Below, one piece after another: positions 1 through 12,104 of a stretch of DNA of 64,000 bases (within the stretch, counting starts at the first letter, position 1; every line of letters begins with the position of its first letter). The notes under the pieces were generated by a model, which was not told where the DNA came from, searched no databases, and saw only the letters and a program-made list of their open reading frames with translations. The position numbers and the translations under genes were made by a program. Source of the stretch: Yuukianura sp. NJ FZ-2021 (Eukaryota); the NCBI GenBank assembly GCA_046563655.1, contig CM102290.1, positions 15,128,001-15,192,000 on the forward strand, written 5' to 3'.

Positions 1-864
1 AGATGATTGAGACGTTTGGTCTGGATGTGATTCTTATCTACACGTCTCTGCTGCTGAAGCGAAGAATGTTGGTGTACCATCACGACATTTCCAAACTGTA
101 CGAGGTAAGTCTAACATTCTAGTCTCCTTTCTCTAAACTTTATTTGTATCCCACTGTTCCAGTTTATCCTGAGTCTTCCGGCGTTTGTGGTTCATCGACT
201 TGATCTCTGGCAACACATCTATCCCATTACTCAAAACTCAGATACTGAATTTGAACCATTCCAGGTGAGGCGTTGGAATAGGGCGTTAAAGTTTATTTTT
301 TCCCTGTGCAGTTGCTCATTCCACTTTTTACTTTTCAGAATTGTGATTTTTATATTGTGGGTTCGACTGATGAGCATGTTTGGAACCGAAGTGAATTGTA
401 CGACCTGTATGTGAATATCCCTGCTGCTGAAGTGATGGTGGCTCCCCATGCAAGAGGTAACTGTCATTGACTAATCTCTGGATGAAATGATAAACTAAGT
501 ACTAAATATATCCACTGTTTCATGTTCAGATGCCCTCACGATGACCAAGACTCACAAGGACATTGCTCTGTTCATGGTTCAGCTCTGTGACAAGAAGGGC
601 CTCACTCAGCGTGACATCATGCACGAAATTGCGAGGAAAACGAAAGAACTGCTGGACAATTTGAGGTAAAACGTTGAGAATATTTTACAAAAGAGAGTCG
701 TCCTTAACTGGTCCGATTTTTGTGTTAGACTTTATGTGACGGTGCTGGAGAGCGGTCGTGAAGCTCTTTCTCTGAAGGAGTTGCGCAGTAGAGAGTTTTC
801 TCCGACACTGGAAACCTTCTTGGTGGGTTTGGCGCAAGGAGAGAAGATGGTCATACAGGAGTGA
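1..864 (+). CDS. DENND10: DENND10/FAM45A-like protein, 3' part (5 exons visible, 5' end outside window)
   Basis: Spliced translation ETFGLDVILIYTSLLLKRRMLVYH...LPAFVVHR...NRSELYDLYVNIPAAEVMVAPHAR...MTKTHKDIALFMVQ...ETFLVGLAQGEKMVIQE* matches the FAM45A C-terminal half. GT-AG introns; TGA at 862-864; AATAAA at 897-902. Confidence 0.88.
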
Positions 865-1031
865 AGAAATGGACACTATTTATTAGCTCTTTCTGGAATA
901 AAACTGTCGTCATGACAACGCGTGGAAGGACGGGACATACCCAGTCTTTCGAAATAATTTGTAGAGAAAAGTGTAAGATTAAGTAAGACTACTAGAGATG
1001 GCTTTCCGTAGACGATGTGACCATGTTTCTG

Positions 1032-3170
1032 TTAGACAGCCTGGGCGAATCCGACCCTGTTGTTGCCCAAATCAAACTCCGTGTACCACTTCCCAATGAA
1101 AACGTCGCCCAGAATCCAAATGGGGCCGAGGGGGGCAGGGACGTCGAGCCCAATGAATCCGGAGAGACAGACTGTTTGTCCCATGGCACTCATGCGCAGA
1201 ACGTAGTCTTTCCCCTCCAACTCAAACACTCTCCCTCCAATCGTAAACTTGAGTTTCGGGAGATTCGGAATGGACTGGCAGTCGATCTTGTATTCTCCGC
1301 CCACGAGTGGTGTAGCTCCCAGTTCCGTGTTGAGCTGCTTGATTTCGTCGGTGGGTCCAGCGAGGAGACTCGTCCCAGTGTCAGCGATCACTTGACATCC
1401 ACCTAATAACAAGTCAACATGTCATCACTTCCTGCCTTACCAATGCCTAATCCAAGCTTACCTTTGCAGTAATTTCCTCCATCGCCAATCTGAAGGCTGA
1501 AACACAAGTATGGGTCATTGTTTGTTGTCACTGGAATAGTTGTTTTATACTTACTTGTCCATCGGGAACTGCCAGTATCCTTTCTTGTCCACTGGAACGT
1601 AAGTGAAGTTGCCCGAGTAATGCTTGGGATCAGACCCACCCAGAATGAGCTCCCCACCCTCAGCAGCTCCAGGGTCCCTACAACATCAACATGCATTGAA
1701 AAATACTCTTTGAACAAGTATTCTTTGAAATTTCTTAAGTTAGAACAAGGAAATATTTGTATTTGACCTGTTGAGGTAGAAGGAGAAGATGGGCGTGTCA
1801 ATGACTCCTTGTGCCAGCATAGCGTTGAACACTGGGGGAATTCCGTCGACTGAAATCGTGTCGTAGGCCATTCCCAGAATTCCGTCAAACTTGGCAGCGA
1901 CAAAGGCCATTCCAGGCTCATTCACTGCCTCAGCGAATGCTTGATCCTTGACGGACAGTCCACCGATCTGGAACGAAAGCATTGAAGTAAGTCCCTTCCA
2001 AAATAAGTTACTCAACAGTGAATGTTACAGTGACAGTGTCTTGAGACAGGAATCCAGACAGACTGCCTGATCCATAGCGGATCTCGAACTTGGTTCCATT
2101 TTGGCGGTAGGTGGAGGACTTCCCACTGTCATACTTGTTGTGCAGCACTAAACAAATTAGGAATTGAAGAAATAACCTTAAGGGAGGAATTGAGTTGACT
2201 TACAGCAGGCGATGTTGGTCCACTTGCATTTCTTGGAGGGAACCCAAAGATTGGATGAACCTAATAGAACAGAGTGACATTCTAGAGACATTGGAGTGAC
2301 GAGTGGACAAAGAATGTGAGGGGTACTTGCCAGTGTCAAAGACTACTTTGAAGGATTGCGGTGGAGTTCCGATGGAGATGGGTCCGTAGTATTGAGCCTA
2401 TTCAAACAAAATGAACAGTTCAATCCCAATAGTTACAAATTCTAACTTAAAAGAAGTGGCTTACGTCGAGGTAGTTGGAGAGTGGCTCTGGGGTGGGTGT
2501 GATGCCCCACCGATGTCGAATCAAGTGGATCTCAGTACCCACCTCCGTCAGGGTCTTCCTCGCAGTGTCCACTCTCGTCAGTGGAATTCTAACATAAACA
2601 GTTCCGAATTTAGTGGAGTTATAAATGTTTAAAACTTTCCCTCTCAAAAGGTTTAACTTTTTAGCGTAGTTGTGAAAAGAAGCGTCTAAGTGGAGAGGTT
2701 AAGTAAAAGTTATCTTGTTATTCTCCTTGACAAAGGTCAAAGACTCAAGAGTCTTCTTGACCTCTTGTCTTGGAAACTCCACTTTTTTCCTTCGTAGTTG
2801 AGAAATACGTTCACCAATGACTCACCCCCTTCACAACAGCTCAATTCTTTCTTTCCCCAGAGACCAAAGGTCAACTCCACCCTCAACAAACTACGAATCG
2901 CACCAAACACAAACGTTTGTTCACCGTTTTCGGATTCAATTCCCCTCACTTTGACTAATCGATTAATTTGGTTAAGAGAGAAAAGTGATATGCCGCTGTG
3001 TGAACATGAGACTGACAAGGGGTGAGTTATGGGGATTATTGACACCCAATGGTAAATAACGTTAATGTTATTGATTTGTGTACTGACCTGGCCAATTTGT
3101 GAGGCGTTTGAAGGGACAGGGTCAGAGTGCATGAGAGTAGCACTCCCAACCAAGTAATCCACACACCCAT
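1032..3170 (-). CDS. CtsD: Cathepsin D-like lysosomal aspartic protease (A1 family), about 9 exons
   Basis: Signal exon 3170-3088 ([19 protein letters not shown]), propeptide RIPLTR...[14 protein letters not shown], catalytic motifs [15 protein letters not shown] and [44 protein letters not shown]. Confidence 0.95.
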
Positions 3171-3647
3171 AGTTCCAGTAAAGTATTCAGAAGTTGAGCA
3201 ATGGATGTTTACTAGAAGAAAGTCAAAGAACAACTGAGAGGAGAGTGTCCAGTTCCAGACTCCTCTCCTCCGCACTCCCACTGAGGTCACTCTCTACTTT
3301 TATTGAATATGTCATGTTGTCTTTGTAAGAAGGGAACACTGGTGGAGTAGCCTAATGCTTAGCCGTTAAGGGAACGAGGATCCTTGGAATGAGTTCAGTT
3401 AATACTCAGCTGAGACCAATTGACACCTTACTCAATTAGTAATTAAACATAGACAGGAGTGTAGCACTTCCAAACAAAACCTAACACTTACACTGGCTAA
3501 ATTAATACAACTCCCTCACCTTCCGCCCCTTAAGGGCTCCCTGGTTCTCTTAAGGACAGAGTGAGGAACTGTGGAATTGAACAAGTATGAAAAATACAAA
3601 AGAAAAGAACAAAACCAACAAGTGGACTTGGCATACTAAGACAGTTC

Positions 3648-4932
3648 TTAGTTGGCTTCGATCCCATTGGCCTCCGCATCCTCTTCCGCCGCTGGACCAT
3701 CTACTTCCTCCACCGTCTTCGCCTTCTTCTCAGCCGACACTTCCACCTCTGCAACTTCAGCCACCAACGACTTCCGCTTCAAGTCTCCACCCCCTACAAA
3801 CCACAATTAACATCAACATCCACTTTCACTCCAATCCTTAAAAGTTATTCACTTTTACCGTTGGAAGCTGTGACGCCGTTCGTGTCACCGTTCTCCTTGG
3901 GAGACTCCGCTTCTTCCTTGTCCCCTACTTTATCTTGTCCATCGGTCGCTGGAGGAGCTTCACTTTCTGGAGCCACTGCTTCCGCTTCACCACTCTCCGC
4001 TACTGCTTCACCGTCACCGGATACAACTTCCTCTCCTTCCGCCGCTCCAACAATCTCCTCCCTTAAAAAAAACACAGCAAAAGTTAGTTGACGTCATTTC
4101 TTCCATCCATTTTATTATGCTACTCCAACAATTGAATGGGTCTCACTAAATCTCGGATTTATTCATATTTACTCAAAAACTCAATTAAACGAACTGATTA
4201 ACTTGAAAGAAAATTTGATCTTTAGTGAATCCATGAGTTACTCTGTAATGATCATGCGCTGAGTTGCGGGTATTTGCGTTTTATAAACCGAAACTGCTGC
4301 TTCAAGCAGTAAACAAAGGAAATGTTCTTTGTTTCAACTCTTCTTTTGTTTACTGGAACGTAATGCAGCAAAATTACTTTGGTTTAATTTTTTACTGTTC
4401 GTAATGTCGCTGCCGTTCCTATCAGTAAAGTTTGTTTACACGAGATTGGCGCCAAGTTAACAATTTGAGTGGGAAAACACTTGACAGTTTGACTTTAACG
4501 TTAATTGGAGTGATAAAAATTGAGTGGCGAGAGAAAGCGGGTAAGATTGTTGGTGAAAGCGACGTTGGAGGAGGGAAGCACATGTCGTGCCATCTTCCCT
4601 TCTCCGTTCGGATTCTGTGGTGCTGGTCGGCCGTTGTCAAGACAACGCCAGCCAAAAACCTCTTCCTCTCCCACCTGGCTAAGAATCGATCCCCTCCACT
4701 GCGCCTCCATCACAATGATAATGGAAAATTACACGACTGCCACAGTCCCGCCACTCCAACGACAAACGACAATGTAGCGACATTCACAACATGTTGCGAC
4801 AGCCACTCACCCCTGCAATCAGCACTGATTCCAGTAACAAAGGAGTAATAAGGGGGTCAATAACATAGGAGAAACTCACTGTTCAGTAGAGATGTCCCCT
4901 TCCTTCCGTTCCACGTCCGATGCATCTGCCAT
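3648..4932 (-). CDS. 133-aa highly acidic, low-complexity protein with C-terminal bipartite-NLS-like motif (prothymosin-alpha-like)
   Basis: Exons 4932-4880, 4061-3859 and 3793-3648 join in frame with GT-AG sites: MADASDVERKEGDISTEQEEIVGAAEGEE...KENGDTNG...DLKRKSLVAEVAEVEVSAEKKAKTVEEVDG...EAN*. Minus-strand AATAAA at 3304-3299. Confidence 0.8.
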
Positions 4933-6184
4933 GGTCTATGTCTCGTGTTCAAATGTGACTGGAAACTAGTGGATTGAGCAGTACTTTGACTGGAATGGTT
5001 CAAGTGATGAGATACCGGATATGTGAAACCACTGGGAATGGATGACAAAGTGCGAGTGAGAGGGAGGCGAGACGACGCTTCAACTTCGGCAACACAAGCC
5101 ACTTTGAGCCATGAAACCTCTTCCATCCCTCCATTGGTGAACAAAGGGAAGGAGCAGGGAAGTTCTTTGGCTCAACCGGCACTCGCCACCCTCCTCTCTC
5201 CCGTCATTTTCCTCTGACAGGGATCGAACCCGCTCGGAATCAAACGAATCCGTAATGCCGAGTCGACGGCACAACTTTTACATCAAAATTAAATTACATG
5301 TTGTAAATGCTATATTTATATCAACAAAGCCACTCAATAATTTAGTTTGAGATTTTCTGGACAAATTAGTTACTGAATTTGAAACTAAAAAAAGTTAGTC
5401 AGGAATTCTTTGTCGCTTTTCGCCCAGGGATTTGGAATGCCCATTTTATGGCGAAAAAATAGTAATATTTTTACATTAATGTACTTTTTAACAGCCGATG
5501 ACTATACTGTTTTTTGAGATTAACGCAAATTCTAAAACAGGGAATTGAAAAAAGCTGTATGGTTTTGAATTTTTAAGGAGAAAAATATTTAGTTTTAGCT
5601 GAATGAGAATTAAATTGAGTTCATGCCTTGGTAATGTGTAGCATCGAGGTTGGCGATAAAACTAACGGTAATAAAACGCAACGTTATGAATCAAGAATTT
5701 GGGTTTAAATTTGATAAATTTAATCCAGGAACTGTTGATTTAATTCACTCGGACTTTCCTATGTTCCAAACAGTGCACTCTTTATGTAAAGTATTGAAGA
5801 AAAAGATTTTAATGTTAGGTTTAAGCCTGAGTTAGGCAGAAGTAAACGTATTAGGAGAGTGACTTTGACTTATTTTTGTTTTAGGTTTTCCGTTTCGTTT
5901 GGTGTCGGTATTTGGGGAAAAAGCGAGCGGTGCCTAAGTCTGTTTGTTTCTTTGTTTGCTTTCTTTTTTTTTCGCTTGCTTTTATCCCGCTCTCCTGTAA
6001 GCGTCAAATGGTTTGAATGGGAAAGGAGAGATGGAGCTACTGTAGGATTGAGGCCCCTGCCAAAGTGAAAGTGGATTGGTGAAAGGAAGAAGAAGACTTT
6101 GTTAATCAGTTAACGAGTAGTTGTGACAATTTAGCATGTAAGTGGACTATTACAGAGTCATGAGTGGAATAGAGAATGCGTCAT

Positions 6185-7136
6185 TCAGTCCTTTGTGTCC
6201 CTGTTCCATTCGTTTTCGTTGGTGGGGAGTGTGTTGTCCCACGGCAGGTCCAGCACAACTCCTTCCGCACGCTTCCTTTTCCCTGGCCCCGCCGCCATGT
6301 TGGCTGCTGCCAGCCCCATCAAGTGCTTGGCTGCTTGACTCCCGGAGAATCCGCGACCTAGGCCCAAGTCCAGTCCACGCTTAGCACTGGAACAGAGGAG
6401 GAAATTAGACGGAGTAAATTGGAGGAGGGAATTCCCTAATTACTCCTCCGACTCCTTCCTCCAGGGACCAACTTAACTCCAGCACACTCCTGCCCCATCA
6501 AGATTTGTTGTGAATACTTTTTTAATTTAGGGGTGAATGGAGAAAGTGCGGAATGGGAAATGCGATCTCGTTCCCTCATAACTCAGAGCTCCTCTTTCTC
6601 GGATGTGGAAGTGGAGCTGCCTCCAGGAATTTGTCCCATTCCGAACTGCGAGGGTGGCTCAATTAACTGTCGCCCCACCACCAACTGGGAAATTGGATTT
6701 GGAGGGAGGAGGACAAAGACGTCATTGTTTGCGGAATGTGATTGGATTGTGGCGTTTAGTTTAATTGTTTCTTACTTGTTTCCTTCATGTTGTGCTCGGA
6801 GGATACTTTGTCCCAACTTGGCCAGCATCTCCAGCACTGCGTCTGGATCCTCCACTTCCACCAAGTAGTCTCTGTGCCTACAAACATTCCACTTCAAATG
6901 TCTCTTTCCGCTCCACTAAACAAACCCATTGTCTCCCCACCCACTCCATCACTCTCAGCATTCACACACTCTTGCCATTCGGCAGTATTCCGCAGTATTT
7001 GGACAATATTGGGCAGTACTGGGCAGTACCTGGTCTGCGTGTAGGTTGAAGGGTAGAAAGTGATGGCTTGTGTTGAACGGAAGAGGGCAACCAGCCCCAC
7101 GACACACGCCACCACATACACGGATCCACGATGCAT
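6185..7136 (-). CDS. Dh31: Calcitonin-like diuretic hormone 31 precursor (136 aa)
   Basis: Coding exons 7136-7030, 6877-6776 and 6386-6185. Signal peptide [62 protein letters not shown] gives a 31-aa Pro-amide peptide. Confidence 0.96.
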
Positions 7137-8375
7137 CTTCTGAAACAAAAAGACACTTTAAGCACTGGGACGGAAAGACGGTCGTCTCGTGGGACAGCAT
7201 GAGACTCCAGGGATAGAAACACAACTCAAACTCGAATTCGAGGGAATTCGAATAACTCGAATTCTGTACCCTCCCAATTCCAATTCAAAAGGATTTTTGG
7301 AGTTTCATTTGAAGCATGTTTGGGCTAAAATATTTGACAACGATACCTACTTAATTCATCTCCCTTCAACAAAAATTCAAAATCCAAAATACTCATAGAG
7401 GGAAATTGATTTATAAATCTCTGATTTTTTGAAAAAAAAAAAGAGATAATAGTTGGAGTAATGGAACAATCTGTTGCAGAAGACGTCCTTAGCGTCCCTC
7501 GGGAACCTTTGATTTTGAGAAAAGTGAGATTCTATTCTATGTACTTCTCAAATTCAAATTGAGGCAGACTGAACTTCGAATTTGACTTCGAATTGAGCCT
7601 ACTCGAATCCGAATTTGGTGGAAGTTGGAACTTTAGTTGAGAAAGAAGGAATTTGTGTGGCTGGGATGGAAGGAATAGTTTCCGTTGGGCGGAAGTGAAA
7701 GTGGAATGCCATGATTCGAGAAGGAATGCCGTGGTGGGTGGGAGGGGGCTGCGGAGGCTTGTGTTGAATAATTCCGTGGAATGGTGGGGCTTCCTTTGAG
7801 TGGTGGCTCTCTAATTAGGCCAGTAGTCGGGGCTTAGCCTGTCTTTCGTCTAACCACCGTCCTTGTTTCTCAGGTGAGGCTTAATTAGTTGCCCACCAAC
7901 AATGCAACAACGTACTTTTAATTACAACTTCCACATTCACATTCCCTCACAACATGTTCCAACCAACAAAAGTTAGAGTTGATACAGTGGGAGTGGATGG
8001 AGAGATTAAGTGTGGATTTAGTGTAGGAGTTAAGTTACTCTCCCTCTCCCCACTTTCTCTCAACTTTCTCCTACTTTTCTCTTCAGGAGGGTTGAAATTG
8101 AAATGTGTCATTTGGGAATTGGAAGTCAAAACTCTATCATTCATTATCTCTACAATTCCTAAACTAAACCCTCTTTACTTTAAACACTCTGTGTGGAGTC
8201 ACTTGTGCCCCACCCTGGTGGGTTTTTGTGGCGGGGCATGAGGAAATTCCAATTAGCCACCACACCTCCTCCCCCGGAGAGAAGTTGTGACGTTGGGCTG
8301 GGACCTTAATGGCCAAGTGCCTGAGCCCATTAACCCCCAATCACAGGATCTCTAATTAGAAGAGAAAGGACTCAC

Positions 8376-8590
8376 CTCTGGTTAGTCAAAGTGCGATGAA
8401 ATTCCGGTTGACTTTCCTTCTGAAACACAAGAAGAGTTTAGATGGAAAGTGATTTGAAGTGGTGGAGGGGCAAAGGGCCCCCGGGCACTTACCGTCTCTC
8501 TCCCTTCCTCTCTCAATTCTGACACACTCGCACTCCTCTCCGTGTCCTTTTATACAAAAGAGAGAGGGTGGGGAAAGTGGATTGACGTCA
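8376..8590 (-). promoter_or_regulatory. Predicted DH31 promoter and two non-coding 5' exons
   Basis: TGACGTCA (CRE) 8583-8590, TATAAAA 8554-8548, TCAGAA Inr-like site near 8520. Donor GTAAGT at 8492, acceptor at 8420, donor GTGAGT at 8375. The DH31 ATG is preceded directly by a TTTCAG acceptor at 7140. Confidence 0.65.
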
Positions 8591-9866
8591 CACGCTCCCT
8601 TCATCCCCCTCTCTTCATAACCACTTAATTCCAATCCTAACGTACTAACCACATTTTTACTAACTTCAAATCCACTTTCACTCCACTACTTTCACTTTCA
8701 ACCCAATCAGAGTCATACTCCACAATTATCAACTCAATTCAGCACAATGTACCCTTTATTCTTTCAAATTTACAACTTGCATAATTTGGAAATTGAACTG
8801 GAATTGAAAACTGTTGAACATTGCTAAAAGTTTCCTATAAGCCACATCCCACAAATATGTAAGTCTCCATGCCCCAAATGTTCAACAAATCAATGTTTTC
8901 CCTCTTTTCGTTACTGAACATTTATTGACTTGACTCATGCCCACTATGCTAATTACCCAAATATTGCGACGTTTTTGAATAAGAATATTTAATATTTAAA
9001 TATTTCACTTGTTTTTACAAAATATTTTTGGGGTATCTGATAATAAGATGCGCTGAAGAAATTGGTTGAGAATTAGTGTGTTTATTTAGATTGGTTAAAA
9101 AGTTGTGTTTTGGGATTGAGTGTTTGGCTGTGTGTAAAAGGAGTGACCTTTGACATACTCCCAAGAGTCAGAGCCATCCTACGTCTTTTCCCGCTCCCTT
9201 AAAGTCCCTCTCACATTCTTTTCTTGTTCCTTGAGCCAGAACAGTTGAAGTTTGAAGAAGAAATGGAGACAGTGGAAAAGTGCCTGGAGCAACTTGCATG
9301 ACTTTTGAGTCTGCATGCCAAATGAGCCACTTTCTCTTTCTGTGCACATTCGGCGTCCCTTGACGGCGGGACCTGTTGATTGGTTGACTCAAAGCGAGAA
9401 GTTGCTGGAGCAAGGCGACCTTGAGTGGTGGCTCTCTCGTGGACCATATTTGATGGCTCAGAGACTTAAGTGGCTCAAGAGGGACGGGGACAGTGGTTTA
9501 GTGGGGCTTAATGGTGGGGCAGCCCCACGGACTGGAGGATTGGAGAGCGTCATTAGTCTCAAGTCATTAAGTCCGGACTAATTTCAGTGGAACGAGGAAC
9601 GAGGCAGGCCATAAGTCAGTGTCCACTCCATCCACTTTCACCCGCTTTCTCCACTCCCACCAACCCACTCTTTCACGTAGTCACCCAAACTCTGTCTTCC
9701 AACTTCCACCACGAGAGGGCATCCGCTTCTTCCGAGGAATAGTGGGGCCCAGAGGAAGTTGGAGTTGCCCCACCACTCGTCAGATGCCACCCACTCCCAC
9801 CCAAACACACTTTCAGTGAAAGCGTCAAAGTCTTTCACAAAACTTCACTTTCAAGTTGAAAGTTTC

Positions 9867-10760
9867 AACCAGGGTTCGCTCAATCAAACATAAACGAAAC
9901 ATACGTTATAAACGTCGTTTTAAACGCCGAGAAAAAAAAGTCTTTCCCTTCTTCAAAAGTTTTTCATGTTGAAAGGGACTAAATTTGAATATTTTTCATC
10001 TTTTTCAAATATTTTTGAAGCAAAGCGGACATTCTTTGAGCAGTTTGCTGTGTTTTACCTTTAGAGAGTGAGTTTTGTATTCATTTTAAAGGCGTATCGT
10101 AAGTTAAATTGAAATTTAGCTGTAGTTGAAAGGAAAATACCTCTGAAATTGGTGTAAAATAATCAAACGGCGGAAAATTAAGATAAATCTTTTTTTAGAA
10201 CTGTAAAATCTTTAAAAACTTTAAAAAATTATAAATTCTTTTTTGGGCATAAAATTTTTTAGACATTAAGATCCATCCTTTTTACGCCATTTTTTAAAAT
10301 TTTGTAAGATTTTGACCAAACTTAGCCCAAAACCTATCGTTCTGCAAGAATTTTCCACAGCTTTTGAGTGTCTCAAGAAAACTCAGTTCCCGCCAAAGCT
10401 TTTTCTTCAAAAAACTTCATTTTGTGCCAATTCTTTTTGCAAAATGCAAAATATGACAAGGGAAACCTAAGTAATATCCATGTGTGTTTTTATTTATTTA
10501 TATTTTTTTTTTTTGAATATTTTTGAACATTTTGAACTTGTTAGATCGAATCATATTCAATATATTTGTAGATTTTGGTTGATTTTTTTTTGGGACTTTT
10601 TGGGAATAATAATATTTTTTAGGAAACGGCTTTTTTTTTTAAACTTTCTTTTCCGGCCTTTGGTAATAACTATATTGATTAAGACGAGAAAAAGACGAGG
10701 GTTTAAAACAAAAGAATGTTTCGTCTTTTGGAAAAAGAGGGTTTTTGACGAAGCCTGGTT
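9867..10760. mobile_element. Degenerate MITE (TIR about AACCAGG(G/C)TTCG-TCAA) hosting a nested MITE
   Basis: aaccagggttcgctcaa at 9867 is the imperfect reverse complement of ttgacgaagcctggtt ending at 10760; AT-rich, non-coding interior. Confidence 0.55.
10164..10662. mobile_element. MITE family A, copy 1 (TIR CAAAGGCCGGAAAA)
   Basis: Colinear with 22101-22584 over about 480 bp; right TIR TTTTCCGGCCTTTG intact, left TIR degenerate. Confidence 0.75.
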
Positions 10761-12004
10761 AGAAGTGTAGCATTTCGTTGATGATGCTCCTGTTCCGCTC
10801 GAGAAGAAACAATGCGAGGGAGGATAACGAAGTCGTGTGCTGAGAAGTTGGTTTGCTCAGGAATTTGTGTTGTTTAGCTTTAAAGTTTGAGTGATGATGG
10901 AGGGAGAAAGTGATTGGGGACATTAGGGGACTTATGGATGCACACTCACTCTGTCAACACTTTCTCCTCCGGAAGGAATCCTCTCAATTTGGTCTCTTCC
11001 ACTTCCGCTCTCACACTCCATCCACCACATCCCCCACCCACCAGTTATCACCTACTTCTCTTGTTTACTCCACACTGTTGCCCCGGCGACAGCGGATGTT
11101 GGTCACCCTCCAATTCCACAAATCAGCCACTTCCTCCTAATCTCCATACCAACCTTCTTTAAATCAAAAGGTTCTTTCCCTTTTTCAGACTTTCACACTT
11201 TTAACCGCACATCTCAAGCACCTCCGTTGCGTCGGCAATTCGAGGTCAAAAGTATGACTCTGTACGTGAAAATTAGCAAAATTCAACAGGTTATTGTGAA
11301 AATCCACAAAATTGGTACAAAAGTTGTTTTTTCTTTATGTTTTTAAAAAAATCGGAGTTATGGCATAACCTGTTAGCTCTTTTGTATAAATGGGACCTAT
11401 AGCAACCTTGTTCCATTCAAACATCAACTTAACCCCGACTTTCTCTTTTTACAAATCAAAAGCCCACGCATCCAAATCAAAGTCAAAATCAGAGTATCAG
11501 GTTGGCCGGAAGTTCCACTCCAAACATAAACAATCCAATGTTTTCGCATCTTTTTCTAAGTTCAACTTAAGAAAGAAATTCAATCCAACAAAAAAATAAC
11601 TTTTGCCTATTAAACAGAAACACTGTACTTCTCTTATGTCTAAATTGAATTATTATAAAATTTTGTTAAAAACGTGTATTTTCATGAGCCACACCCAAAT
11701 TGAATTTTGATGAGAAGTACGGGGCAATAAACCCTGTCACTGTGCTAATAACTCTGTTCAGAATAAAGTCCAAAGTTAAAGATGGAGTTGGGACATTGGT
11801 TGGAGGTACGTGTTGCAGTTTCCACTTTTGAGAGAAAGGAAGTTAATTTAAATTTGGTTGGTGGGTGGGGATGTTGCGTTGATTTGAAGTTGGAATTTGG
11901 TGAATAGCATGGTAGAGAGTGTAAGAAGAATGGTGATTGTTGGAGTTTGTGGAAGTGAGTTGGGAGTTGGATTGTTCGGGTGGTGAAAGATGTGAAAGGG
12001 GGCA

Positions 12005-12104
12005 TGACGTCTGGCGGAAGTATAAATGGAGAGGAGAGGCTGGAGAAAGGACTGAGTCCACTGGAGTTCTCTGGAGAAAGCAGCCACTTCACTCTCAAGT
12101 AAGT
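12005..12104 (+). promoter_or_regulatory. Predicted AstA promoter and non-coding exon 1
   Basis: TGACGTCT (7/8 CRE) 12005-12012, TATAAA 12021-12026, donor AA|GTAAGT at 12099. The AstA ATG at 14149 follows a GTTTCAG acceptor at 14147. Confidence 0.6.
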
